A DNA stretch of 64,000 bases. It comes from Bacillota bacterium. Lineage in GTDB: Bacteria; Bacillota; JAAYKD01. The DNA is taken from assembly GCA_036744005.1 (NCBI GenBank), contig DAINOJ010000003.1:29403-93402 (forward strand). The letters are read 5' to 3'. This document shows positions 9,719 through 18,516 of this stretch, piece after piece. The position numbers and the translations under genes are program-made. The notes beneath the pieces were generated by a model that was given only the letters and a program-made list of their open reading frames with translations, made no database searches and was not told the DNA's origin. Every line of letters starts with the position of its first letter. The first letter of the stretch is position 1.

Positions 9719-9744
9719 AACATATGTTAATAATAACATATGTT
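9719..9744. promoter_or_regulatory. Tandem palindromic operator AACATATGTT-aataat-AACATATGTT containing the PadR-type ATGT-N8-ACAT motif
   Basis: Read directly in the sequence, immediately upstream of the padR RBS and in the divergent intergenic region shared with the ZIP transporter gene. Confidence 0.6.
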
Positions 9745-9853
9745 CTGTTCTTGTCAAGAGTACTTATTATTCAGATGGTATTTGCTTACGAAGGAAATTG
9801 CAGGTGCTTTGGTGAACACAAAAAGAAGATTTATGAGAGGAAGGAGAATCACC

Positions 9854-10690
9854 TTGGGTAATGTTTGGTTCGCCTTTTTATTAACGGTTTTTGCAGGTCT
9901 CTCTACAGGCATAGGCAGTTTAATTGCACTCTTTACCAAGAAAGTCAACAATCATATCTTGGCCATTAGTTTGGGTTTTTCTGCCGGAGTCATGATTTAT
10001 GTCTCTATGGTAGAAATTTTCTTCAAAGCCAAGGATTCTTTATCGGCGGCCTATGGAGATCAAATGGGTTTTTTGGTTACGAACATTGCTTTTTTTGCTG
10101 GAATGCTCATCATCGGTTTGATTGATAAGATTTTACCGAGTGAGCAGAACCCCCATGATTTCAACCAATCCTCTCATGTGCATGACGAGGAGGGAAAACA
10201 AGTTCTCGTCGATGGCGTCAAGCAGCGTGAAGATCATTCGAAGCTCATGAGAACAGGGGTTTTCACCGCTTTAGCGATTGCCATTCATAACTTTCCGGAA
10301 GGTTTGGCCACGTTTGTCTCGGCGTTACAAGATCCTACCATAGCTATTCCCATTGTCGTAGCCATTGCGATTCATAATATTCCCGAAGGTATGGCGGTAT
10401 CCTACCCGATATACTATGCAACGGGAGATAAGAAGAAGGCGTTCCTGTATTCATTTTTATCGGGTTTGTCAGAGCCCATAGGAGCCATTATTGGGTATTT
10501 GGTTTTAATGCCCTTCATGAATGATGTGGTTTATGGAATTCTCTTCGGTATCGTGGCAGGTATCATGGTGTATATTTCCATTGATGAGTTATTGCCCTCT
10601 GCCCAAGAGTATGGAGAACACCATTTCAGTATTTATGGTATGATTGCCGGTATGATTGTGATGGCAATTAGCCTATGGCTATTTAAGTAA
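9854..10690 (+). CDS. ZIP-family divalent metal transporter (ZupT-like)
   Basis: Motifs HNFPEGLATF and HNIPEGMAV with a ZupT-like TM layout. Start chosen at TTG 9854 (RBS GGAAGGAG, 7 nt spacing); the in-frame ATG at 9833 is an alternative. Confidence 0.75.
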   Translation: MGNVWFAFLLTVFAGLSTGIGSLIALFTKKVNNHILAISLGFSAGVMIYVSMVEIFFKAKDSLSAAYGDQMGFLVTNIAFFAGMLIIGLIDKILPSEQNPHDFNQSSHVHDEEGKQVLVDGVKQREDHSKLMRTGVFTALAIAIHNFPEGLATFVSALQDPTIAIPIVVAIAIHNIPEGMAVSYPIYYATGDKKKAFLYSFLSGLSEPIGAIIGYLVLMPFMNDVVYGILFGIVAGIMVYISIDELLPSAQEYGEHHFSIYGMIAGMIVMAISLWLFK

Positions 10691-10698
10691 TAAAATCA

Positions 10699-10741
10699 CA
10701 CCCATCCATCGCTATACACAGCAATGGATGGGTGCTTTTTA
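10699..10741 (+). terminator. Intrinsic terminator
   Basis: CACCCATCCAT / ATGGATGGGTG stem followed by CTTTTTAT. Confidence 0.8.
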
Positions 10742-10817
10742 TAAAAACGTCGCAAATTTGGAACAGCAACCGTTTTCAGAATCGAGTATAGTAAGGTTGC
10801 TCGAGCAGAAAGGCTAG

Positions 10818-11735
10818 GTGGTGAATTTGAATTATCGAATCGATATCGAGAACAGCATACGATTTATTGAACAGCATCTCAGAGAAGATGTAACTGCAGA
10901 ACAAATCGCCGCCGAGGCCGGTTACTCCCTTTTCCATTTTTGCCGTGTTTTCCAAATCGTGACAGATGTGACTGTAATGGATTATGTACGCAAACGACGC
11001 CTGTCTTTAGCGGCAATCAAGCTGAGTGAAGAGGGCAAAATCATTGATGTGGCTCTGGAATTTGGATTTGAAACGCCAAGCGGATTTGCGAAAGCGTTTC
11101 GAAAAGAGTTTGGACTCAGCCCAAGCCAATACATTCGCAAGTCACAGCAATGGAAACGATGGTCCACACAAGAGATTTCAATTCAAAAAACAGGAGGAAC
11201 TATGATTCAACCAAAAATAATCAACAGACCCGCCTTTCAAGTCGCGGGGTTTGGTATTCAAACCAACATCACAGATGGCTCTTATACCAAAGATATTGCC
11301 GTTTTCTGGACCCACTATGATACCTATTCCTGGGAAAAACAAATGTATGATGTGCTTCAACCACCCAAACACGGGGAAGTGGGTATCATCTTACCAGAAT
11401 CGCGACAAAGTGGTACACTGACCTATATTTTAGGTGTCATTGTGGAGGATTTCAGCAAAGTTTTGCCGGAAATGCGCACCGTAGAAGTACCAGCAGCAAA
11501 GTACGCCGTATTCACTACCCCACCGGTGGATCTTACTCAAGGAGGATATCATGGGGAAGCCAATACAGTGGATTTTCCACAGTCGATTCGCAATACCTGG
11601 AAATATATCTTTGAAGTTTGGCTTCCTCAATCGGGATATGCGTTTGATGAAAGTAAGATCGATTTTGAGTTCTACGATGAACGTTGCCATTTTCGCCCGG
11701 ATGCTGTGATGGAGATATGGATTCCCATAAAGTAA
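10818..11735 (+). CDS. AraC-family transcriptional regulator with C-terminal GyrI-like effector-binding domain
   Basis: N-terminal AraC HTH (GYSLFHFCRVFQ, GFETPSGFAKAFRKEFGLSPSQY), then a ~150-aa C-terminal domain. Confidence 0.75.
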   Translation: MVNLNYRIDIENSIRFIEQHLREDVTAEQIAAEAGYSLFHFCRVFQIVTDVTVMDYVRKRRLSLAAIKLSEEGKIIDVALEFGFETPSGFAKAFRKEFGLSPSQYIRKSQQWKRWSTQEISIQKTGGTMIQPKIINRPAFQVAGFGIQTNITDGSYTKDIAVFWTHYDTYSWEKQMYDVLQPPKHGEVGIILPESRQSGTLTYILGVIVEDFSKVLPEMRTVEVPAAKYAVFTTPPVDLTQGGYHGEANTVDFPQSIRNTWKYIFEVWLPQSGYAFDESKIDFEFYDERCHFRPDAVMEIWIPIK

Positions 11736-11746
11736 GTCATAGAGCA

Positions 11747-11785
11747 AAAGCTCCTCTCGCTGTAGCGAGAGGAGCTTTTGTTATT
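11747..11785. terminator. Bidirectional intrinsic terminator between convergent genes
   Basis: AAAGCTCCTCTCGC-tgta-GCGAGAGGAGCTTT: perfect 14-bp stem followed by TGTTATT. Confidence 0.75.
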
Positions 11786-12371
11786 AGAACACGGAAAGGA
11801 TGCCGCCTTTTTCCTGGTGCCCGGTATCCCAAAGCAGTTTTAAGTCGGCAGTTCTGCGTTCCCCCCAAGTGGAGTATATAATCTCATCTCCCTGATAACC
11901 GGTAATCGTAAACCAGTGCCACTCAATTTCGTCGAAAAGTGGATTCGTGTGCCGTAGTAAAAGGTATTGTACACTGATTCCGGCGTCAATATAACGGTGG
12001 ATCATATTTCGTGCTTCCTCATACGAAGCATCTCCTTGCAGAGATTCGAATTGTACCTCAACTCCGTGGGCGGCGGCGTACTTGGCAAACCCACGCTCAA
12101 AAAGCTTTGTTTCAGCCATGCCACGGAATCCGGGTGCAACAAAGCGATACATACGATCGGCAAATTTGGTGAATTCCGGTTGGCTGAGGTCAAGACCGGC
12201 ATAGGGATATAAATCCGCACGTTTGGGATCATGAACGGCCAAGAGCGCAGCGGCATGACAACCACAAACCGTGGAACAACCGCCACGATTCATAATGGGA
12301 TGGCGGAATTGATATTGGTTTCCACCATATGCCCCATTCACTTTGAGAAAATCCAGTTCTCTTACTTCCAT
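11784..12371 (-). CDS. Hypothetical protein, 195 aa (possible papain-fold / C39-like cysteine hydrolase)
   Basis: Clean ORF with RBS. A Cys-containing motif GGCSTVCGCHAAALL and downstream His residues suggest a Cys/His hydrolase; low confidence. Confidence 0.35.
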   Translation of the reverse strand: MEVRELDFLKVNGAYGGNQYQFRHPIMNRGGCSTVCGCHAAALLAVHDPKRADLYPYAGLDLSQPEFTKFADRMYRFVAPGFRGMAETKLFERGFAKYAAAHGVEVQFESLQGDASYEEARNMIHRYIDAGISVQYLLLRHTNPLFDEIEWHWFTITGYQGDEIIYSTWGERRTADLKLLWDTGHQEKGGILSVF

Positions 12372-12481
12372 GGTATCACCTTACCCTTTTGTTGCCTTTA
12401 CTGACTGTAGGGTCAATGCATATCATTATAATCGAAAGCATACAAACTAGCAAGTGATGGAATCACAAAACATGAACTCAC

Positions 12482-12510
12482 TTGACAATTGTTGCAGGAA
12501 TGAGTAAGAT
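12482..12510 (+). promoter_or_regulatory. Sigma-70-like promoter (TTGACA-17-TAAGAT) driving the leader of the CNNM/CorC transporter gene
   Basis: -35 TTGACA at 12482-12487, 17-nt spacer, -10 TAAGAT at 12505-12510. Confidence 0.5.
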
Positions 12511-12517
12511 AAAAGAA

Positions 12518-12655
12518 AACAGTGTGAGTGAGGAATGAAGCATGGCTCCAGATGGAACCGACGAGGACGATAACCCTACTTATCTGTGTACAGAAAAGCG
12601 ACATAAGCAACCCTTTAGGCCATAAGCGGAAAGGGTATGCTTGTTTTTTATTTTG
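12518..12655 (+). ncRNA. Candidate M-box (Mg2+-sensing, ykoK-type) riboswitch with terminator expression platform
   Basis: ~140-nt structured leader containing GAGTGAGG...GGCTCC and ACAGAAAAGCGACATAAG, which resemble the conserved M-box segments GGTGAGGCTCC and ACAGAAATCATCGACATAAGG. It ends in a CCCTTT / AAAGGG hairpin plus T-run directly before the RBS of a predicted Mg2+-transporter-family gene. Confidence 0.5.
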
Positions 12656-12669
12656 AAAGGAGATGTAAT

Positions 12670-13989
12670 TTGGAAAGCTCTATAGGAATGTTACTGGCGA
12701 TTCAGGCTGTTTTAGTGTTCCTGAATGCAATCTTTGCCAGCGCAGAAATCGCAATTATCTCGATCAATGATAATAAGTTGGCAAAAATGGCCGAACAAGG
12801 AGATAAAAGAGCCATTCGTCTATTGGTATTGACCAAACAACCGGCAAAGTTCCTAGCTACCATTCAGGTAGCGATTACCTTATCGGGATTTTTGGGAAGT
12901 GCTTTTGCTGCAGAGAATTTCTCGGATTCTTTAGTCGGTTGGCTAATGCAAATAGGTTTAAAGGGGAATCCTCAAACTTTGAATACCGCTGCAGTAATCT
13001 TGATTACTATCCTCTTGTCCTATGTCACTTTAGTTTTTGGAGAACTGGTTCCCAAACGATATGCCATGCGCAAAGCAGAACCTTTGGCTCTTGGTATGTC
13101 AGGGTTGATTCATGTGATTGCCAAAGTGTTTTCCCCTATTGTCGGTTTACTCACCGGATCAACCAACCTGATTCTACGAGTCATCGGTATCGACCCCAAT
13201 CACGTGGATGAAGAAGTGAGTGAAGAAGAAATTCGTATGATGGTCGATGTGGGAAGTGCCAAAGGAACCATTGAAAAACATGAGAAAGAGTTCATCCAAA
13301 ACGTTTTCGAGTTTGATGACATCACAGCAGCGGAAATAGCCACACATCGAATGAAAGTAGCCATTTTGTGGTCGGACGAGACACTGGAACAGTGGGAAGA
13401 AACCATTCATAAAAACTCCTATACTGTATATCCTGTCTGCCATGAGACGGCAGATGAAGTCTTAGGGGTAATCAATATCAAAGAGTACTTCAGGCACAAG
13501 AACCCTACCAAAGAATTTGTGATGGAAAAGGTCTTGCAACCTGCTTACTTTGTACCTGGTTCGGTCAAAGCAGATAACTTGTTCCGCAACATGAAGAGCC
13601 AGCGCACTCGCTTCGCGATTGTTCTCGATGAGTATGGTGGGATGTGTGGTATTGTCACCATGAATGATCTCATCGAACAATTGGTGGGAGACTTTAGTGA
13701 TGGGCATCATACTAAGGGGGAGACCCAAGTCGTCCGAAAACTGAATGAGGACACTTGGCAAGTTTCAGGTCAGCAAGAACTTGAGGGTTTGGCGGAGCAG
13801 TTAAACATGTGGTTACCAACGGAGGAGTATGAAACCTTTGGTGGTATGGTCTTTGGAGTCTTGGGCTCTATCCCCGACGATGGAGTGCAGTTTGAACTGA
13901 ATGCGTATGGTCTTCACATTGAAGTCAAAAACATATTGGATCATCGCATTGAAATCGCAACCATACAAAAAATATCCGGCTCTGCATAA
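12670..13989 (+). CDS. CNNM/CorC-HlyC family transporter (DUF21 TM domain, CBS pair, CorC_HlyC C-terminal domain)
   Basis: N-terminal 4-TM DUF21 region, CBS-pair region and a C-terminal transporter-associated domain. Start at TTG 12670 (RBS AAAGGAG, 7 nt spacing); ATG 12688 is an alternative. Confidence 0.75.
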   Translation: MESSIGMLLAIQAVLVFLNAIFASAEIAIISINDNKLAKMAEQGDKRAIRLLVLTKQPAKFLATIQVAITLSGFLGSAFAAENFSDSLVGWLMQIGLKGNPQTLNTAAVILITILLSYVTLVFGELVPKRYAMRKAEPLALGMSGLIHVIAKVFSPIVGLLTGSTNLILRVIGIDPNHVDEEVSEEEIRMMVDVGSAKGTIEKHEKEFIQNVFEFDDITAAEIATHRMKVAILWSDETLEQWEETIHKNSYTVYPVCHETADEVLGVINIKEYFRHKNPTKEFVMEKVLQPAYFVPGSVKADNLFRNMKSQRTRFAIVLDEYGGMCGIVTMNDLIEQLVGDFSDGHHTKGETQVVRKLNEDTWQVSGQQELEGLAEQLNMWLPTEEYETFGGMVFGVLGSIPDDGVQFELNAYGLHIEVKNILDHRIEIATIQKISGSA

Positions 13990-14006
13990 AGCCGGATATT
14001 TTTTGC
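13974..14006. terminator. Bidirectional intrinsic terminator
   Basis: ATCCGGC-tctgcataaa-GCCGGAT followed by ATTTTTTGCTTTCTT; A/T-rich on the other side as well. Confidence 0.75.
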
Positions 14007-14011
14007 TTTCT

Positions 14012-14659
14012 TTACTTCTTGCGGCGATTGTAATCGTCTTCGATACTCTTTTTCCAATCGGTCTTCATCGATTTGTTTTTGCGCAAATGTGTGACCGCAT
14101 CGTTCAAAGCGGAGTAATTCAATTCGGTGCCTTGGGCATCTGCAACGAAATTGGTCGCGTAATCGGCTTGAATTCCCATAGTTTCTGCTGTGCCGATGGC
14201 ATCGATATTCGCACCGAGAAAGAGAAATTCCCAGCCGAACTGAGCCTTTTGTCGCTGAATCAGTTGGCGAATTCCGTACACGTCGTATTCGCGACTGGCA
14301 TTTTCCATGCCATCGGTCGTGATTACGAAGAGCACTTTCTCTGCTCGCTCTGCATCGACGGTATGTTTTTGAACCAAAGCGATTTTGTGAATGGTTTTAC
14401 CAATGGCATCGAACAATGCGGTAGAGCCACGTACGAAATAATCCTTTTCCGTTAAGGTTGTAATGCCACGAAGGGGAATTCGATCGTGAAGCAACTCGTA
14501 GCGGTCATCAAACAAAACCGTTGTGACCACACATTCCCCCTCCGATTCTTTTTGGCGATTCAAAAGCGAGTTGAAACCCCCAATCGTATCCTTTTCCAAC
14601 CCGCTCATGGAACCACTACGATCTAAAATAAAAACCAACTCTGTCCATCCTTTTTCCAT
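14012..14659 (-). CDS. von Willebrand factor type A (vWA) domain protein
   Basis: MIDAS motif LVFILDRSGSMSG, plus VITTDGMEN. ATG at 14659 with RBS AAGGAGG. Confidence 0.75.
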   Translation of the reverse strand: MEKGWTELVFILDRSGSMSGLEKDTIGGFNSLLNRQKESEGECVVTTVLFDDRYELLHDRIPLRGITTLTEKDYFVRGSTALFDAIGKTIHKIALVQKHTVDAERAEKVLFVITTDGMENASREYDVYGIRQLIQRQKAQFGWEFLFLGANIDAIGTAETMGIQADYATNFVADAQGTELNYSALNDAVTHLRKNKSMKTDWKKSIEDDYNRRKK

Positions 14660-14712
14660 GATAATCCTCCTTGTTTTTGATGTCACTGAAAGGATACCAT
14701 GGAGAAAGAGTT

Positions 14713-15783
14713 TTAGGGTCGCTCGTCAAACGACATTTCGCTCCCCAGCAGTTTTTGTTCGAAGCGATACAAAACCTGATTGATTTCTAGGATATTGTAG
14801 CGCTGTTCTTCAATGAAGAACTGAACAATGCGGTCACCCGTGTTATGACGTGACAGGGCATATCCGGCACTGCGCAGTAAATCCTCGGTTTGGTCCAGGT
14901 TCAGCTCTAACGCAATGGCAATCGCCAAAGCGGTCCTCTTGGTAGGTTGATAGTCTCTCCCCCTCAAACTCGAAAAAACCCGACGGTCTACATTGGCTCG
15001 CCGATACACATCTGGGTCACTGAATCCCTTTTCATCGATCCATCGCAAGACCATTTCGCTAAAACTTTCTCCTGCTTTATCGATGACGTCTTCCAACCTG
15101 CGGGTTTTGCCGGTATCAATCAATCTGGGTTGGGTTATATATGGCAAATAGTGTTCGGCTTCCTCGCTGACATCGTATTCTATGTTTTCATGAATCGCTT
15201 GAGGCAGGGAGGGAGCATTGGATGCTCGATTTCTGCGGCTGAGGGATCTCTCGTCAACATCGCTGTTTTTGATATAGGCCTGCACACGTTTGAACAACTG
15301 CCCGCTGATTTCGAAGGCTTCCCGGTCATAGACCACTAAGAAGATATCCATATCGTTCTCTAAGAGAAATGCACCAATCACTTGTAAGGCAATTTGCAGA
15401 GCCTGTGCTTTCGGATATCCATATAAGCCACTGGAGATTAAGGGAAAGGCCATGGAAGAACATCCGTTTTCTTGAGCTAATCGCAGGGCATTTCGGTAAC
15501 TATCGGCCAGCAATGAGGCTTCCTGAGCATGACCGCCCCGCCAAATTGGACCGACCGTGTGAATAATATACTTGGCTGGTAACAAATACCCTTTGGTCAA
15601 TACGGCCTGTCCAACGGCTATCGGTGCCAAACTAGCACATTCCGCTTGCAGGTGTTCCTCGCCGGCTGCAGCAAAAATAGCGCCACATACCCCGCCACCG
15701 GGTTCTAGCAAAGGATTTGCAGCATTGACAATCGCATCGACCTTCATGTGGGTGATGTTGTTTCTGACAATCTGAAAAGGCAT
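14713..15783 (-). CDS. Macro-domain protein (ADP-ribose binding/processing) with ~170-aa C-terminal extension of unknown function
   Basis: N-terminal macro signature VDAIVNAANPLLEPGGGVCGAIFAAAG and MAFPLISSGLYGYP. The C-terminal half has no recognisable family. Confidence 0.75.
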   Translation of the reverse strand: MPFQIVRNNITHMKVDAIVNAANPLLEPGGGVCGAIFAAAGEEHLQAECASLAPIAVGQAVLTKGYLLPAKYIIHTVGPIWRGGHAQEASLLADSYRNALRLAQENGCSSMAFPLISSGLYGYPKAQALQIALQVIGAFLLENDMDIFLVVYDREAFEISGQLFKRVQAYIKNSDVDERSLSRRNRASNAPSLPQAIHENIEYDVSEEAEHYLPYITQPRLIDTGKTRRLEDVIDKAGESFSEMVLRWIDEKGFSDPDVYRRANVDRRVFSSLRGRDYQPTKRTALAIAIALELNLDQTEDLLRSAGYALSRHNTGDRIVQFFIEEQRYNILEINQVLYRFEQKLLGSEMSFDERP

Positions 15784-15825
15784 GGATTGCTGAACTCCTT
15801 TCAATGTAAGATGAGGTTGAGAGGA

Positions 15826-16713
15826 TTAAGCGCGCGACAAAAGTGGCATTCTCATTTTGTTTTGTTGGAAGGGATTTTCCAGATCTTTATGAACAAACAA
15901 CGTGGTATCGTCTTCTTGTAAAACATATTCTATGACGTCTCGGCGATTGCTAGGGGTGAAACCCAGGTCCACCTGTACCTCCTGATTGGGCCGTAGACAA
16001 CCTAATAATTCAGAAAGCGAAAGGGTGCTATTCCCAAAAATATCGCAGCAAGTCCAATGACCGTCTCGTTCTTTGGCGACGATTAGAGTATCTTGTTCCG
16101 GTAGATAATACACATCGTTTCGATACCATTGCAGGGTATAAAACATGAGCAAGTTATAAGTGTCGACTTGAAATGTCGCGTAGGGATTACCTTGTTGAAA
16201 GCAGTGACGCATTTTCCACTGATCTTTATCATTTAAAGGGTCCAATCGTTGCATCTCTTGAGGAACACCTTTTGCTACGACTTTATATCCTTGCTCCGGA
16301 GCGCGTTCAAAACCAAATCGTGGATAGTAATCGACCACACTGTCGTTGGCATACAAGTAGAGGACGTGGCATTGTGCTTTCCAGTCGTCTAAGACTTGCT
16401 GCATGAGAGTGCGAGATAAACCACGCCCCCAAAAATCGTGTGCAGTCATCACACCCCCTAATTGAACGTAAAGCTTCTTCTGGCTTTCGGTTCTAACCGG
16501 TAAGAGATTGACGCAAACGGAGGCGACGACTTCCCCCTCAAATGTGAGAACATAAGGCAAAAAGTGGTCATCCCAAAACCCCTGTTCGTACCAAGGACGA
16601 AAGTCTATGCCAAAGGTTTGCTTGGCTAACCGCATAAAACCATTTCTGAGTCCGGGATGTCTGCTCGCATCCCGATGAAAACCATATCGTTCGTTTTGAA
16701 TTTGCAATTCCAT
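15826..16713 (-). CDS. GNAT-family N-acetyltransferase
   Basis: Acetyl-CoA-binding-type motif (QLGGVMTAHDFWGRGLSRTLMQQV). ATG 16713 with RBS AGGAGG; the longer upstream extension was rejected. Confidence 0.65.
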   Translation of the reverse strand: MELQIQNERYGFHRDASRHPGLRNGFMRLAKQTFGIDFRPWYEQGFWDDHFLPYVLTFEGEVVASVCVNLLPVRTESQKKLYVQLGGVMTAHDFWGRGLSRTLMQQVLDDWKAQCHVLYLYANDSVVDYYPRFGFERAPEQGYKVVAKGVPQEMQRLDPLNDKDQWKMRHCFQQGNPYATFQVDTYNLLMFYTLQWYRNDVYYLPEQDTLIVAKERDGHWTCCDIFGNSTLSLSELLGCLRPNQEVQVDLGFTPSNRRDVIEYVLQEDDTTLFVHKDLENPFQQNKMRMPLLSRA

Positions 16714-16769
16714 GTTGCACCTCCTAAGCCATGTGCTTATGTTAAAGCATAACATGTGGAGATAATCGT

Positions 16770-16815
16770 GTCAAAGAAAAAGAAAAGCAGGCCATGAAAG
16801 CCTTCATTGCCTGCT
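16770..16815 (-). terminator. Intrinsic terminator after the amidase gene (minus strand)
   Basis: On the minus strand, AGCAGGC...GCCTGCT hairpin followed by TTTTCTTTTTCTTT. Confidence 0.65.
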
Positions 16816-16837
16816 AAGGGAATATGATTCTGAGAGT

Positions 16838-18301
16838 CTAATTCAGGATTGCACAATCCGGGTCTTTGCGATGTTTGGTGTTGAGTTCGTATCCAGAGGC
16901 GATTTCAAGGAGCAATCCTTCTTGCCAGGCACTTGCGGTAAGAGACATACCAAATGGCTCGCCATTGGCTAGGTAACCGACGGGTACACAAATAGAAGGG
17001 TACCCAGCTCTAGCGGCCAATGTTGCTACACTGGAAGCAGCGAAGACGAGCGCATCGACCTTATATGTTTGTAAAGCCCAATCGATTCCTTCTTCACGGG
17101 ACCATTTTAAGTCGTTTTTTCGGTCTTGGATGTATTCTTTTTCACTCAAAGACCCACTGCGCGCCTGAGCTGCAATAAATTGGCTTTGGCCATATTTCAA
17201 GCATTGTTCGCTGTATTCTTGGTTGAAGCGGATCACATCGTTCATGTTGTGAACCGGTAGGTGAGATTCCACCGTGGAAAGGTATTTATTCAGAGCCGGT
17301 TTAAATTCAAAACTCATGGCATTGCCCACATTCCAAGCTTGTTTTCTTAGTTCAGCAAAACCGGGTATGTTTTCGATGATCTCAACCTCGGCACCCAAGG
17401 CTTTCACTTCATCCATGACACGCTTCATGGTATCTTGTTTTTCTTGGGAGAAGCAGTCATAATTCTGCGTGACAAAACCTAAGCGTTTGCCCTTCAGGCC
17501 ATCTGTTTTAATGTATGCAGTATAATCTTCTTCCATATGCCCGGAAGCCGACATTGTAGCAGCATCCTCATCGTCCACACCTACCATGGCATTCAGTAAG
17601 AAGGCGGCATCTTCGGTGCTAAGGGCTAAAGGACCGGCTGTATCTTGGCTGAACATAATTGGAATGATACCGCTACGACTGACGAGACCGACCGTGGGTT
17701 TGATTCCGACCAGGCTATTCCAACTGGCGGGGCTCATAATCGAACCGCTGGTTTCGGTACCCACCGCTACCGGCACCATGCGAGCCGCCACAGCAGCCGC
17801 GGAACCGGAACTGGAACCGCTGACATCGAAGACATCGGGACCATAGGGATTGAACACTTGTCCACCCCTTGAACTATAGCCGTTACGCATGTTCTGGGCC
17901 ATAAAATTCGCCCACTCGGTCATATTGGCTTTCCCAAATACGATGGCTCCGGCTTTACGCAAGCGTTTGACCACATAAGCATCTTTGGCGGCATAATGGT
18001 CTTTGAGGGCAAGCGAACCGGCAGAGGTATGGCACATATCGTGTGTGTCGATGTTGTCTTTAAGCAAGACCGGGATACCATGCAGGGCTCCTTTGGCTTT
18101 ACCTCGAGCTCGTTCACGATCTTTGGCTGCGGCCAAGTGTTCGAGTTCCGGATTCAATTCCAAAATAGCATTCAATTTGGGACCTTCATGATTGAGATGA
18201 GCTACCCGGTCTAGGTAAAAGCGAACGAGTGCTTGCGAAGTCAATGTGCCGTCATCTAGAACTTGTCTGAGTTGCTTCAGAGATAAGGACAAAATATCCA
18301 T
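16838..18301 (-). CDS. Amidase-signature (AS) family amidase
   Basis: Gly/Ser-rich AS motif GGSSSGSAAAVAARMVPVAVGTETSGSI and catalytic-region conservation. RBS GGGAGG. Confidence 0.8.
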   Translation of the reverse strand: MDILSLSLKQLRQVLDDGTLTSQALVRFYLDRVAHLNHEGPKLNAILELNPELEHLAAAKDRERARGKAKGALHGIPVLLKDNIDTHDMCHTSAGSLALKDHYAAKDAYVVKRLRKAGAIVFGKANMTEWANFMAQNMRNGYSSRGGQVFNPYGPDVFDVSGSSSGSAAAVAARMVPVAVGTETSGSIMSPASWNSLVGIKPTVGLVSRSGIIPIMFSQDTAGPLALSTEDAAFLLNAMVGVDDEDAATMSASGHMEEDYTAYIKTDGLKGKRLGFVTQNYDCFSQEKQDTMKRVMDEVKALGAEVEIIENIPGFAELRKQAWNVGNAMSFEFKPALNKYLSTVESHLPVHNMNDVIRFNQEYSEQCLKYGQSQFIAAQARSGSLSEKEYIQDRKNDLKWSREEGIDWALQTYKVDALVFAASSVATLAARAGYPSICVPVGYLANGEPFGMSLTASAWQEGLLLEIASGYELNTKHRKDPDCAILN

Positions 18302-18516
18302 GTTTCAACCTCCCTCACCTGTTTGAAGTTCTTTTCCACATAAGAGTTTGCATCCCCTTTTTTTCGTAGAGAAGGGATAAGGGGGAGTTGAATTATTTTT
18401 CCAGAAGAAAGGAGAACATTAAAAAATTCACGAATAGAAAGGCAGAAAAAGTTACAAAAATTTCATAGAGAAACCCGTCAGATATTACCGAAAAGAGTTT
18501 TTGAGGAGGTGTTTTT

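Noticed and set aside
16739-16755. Short inverted repeat ATGTTA-aagca-TAACAT just upstream of the GNAT gene
   Set aside because: Only 6-bp arms; too short to distinguish from chance.
18353-18378. Hairpin TCCCCTT...AAGGGGA in the intergenic region upstream of the giant gene
   Set aside because: Not followed by a U-tract on either strand, and it sits in a divergent promoter region; insufficient evidence to call it a terminator or riboswitch.
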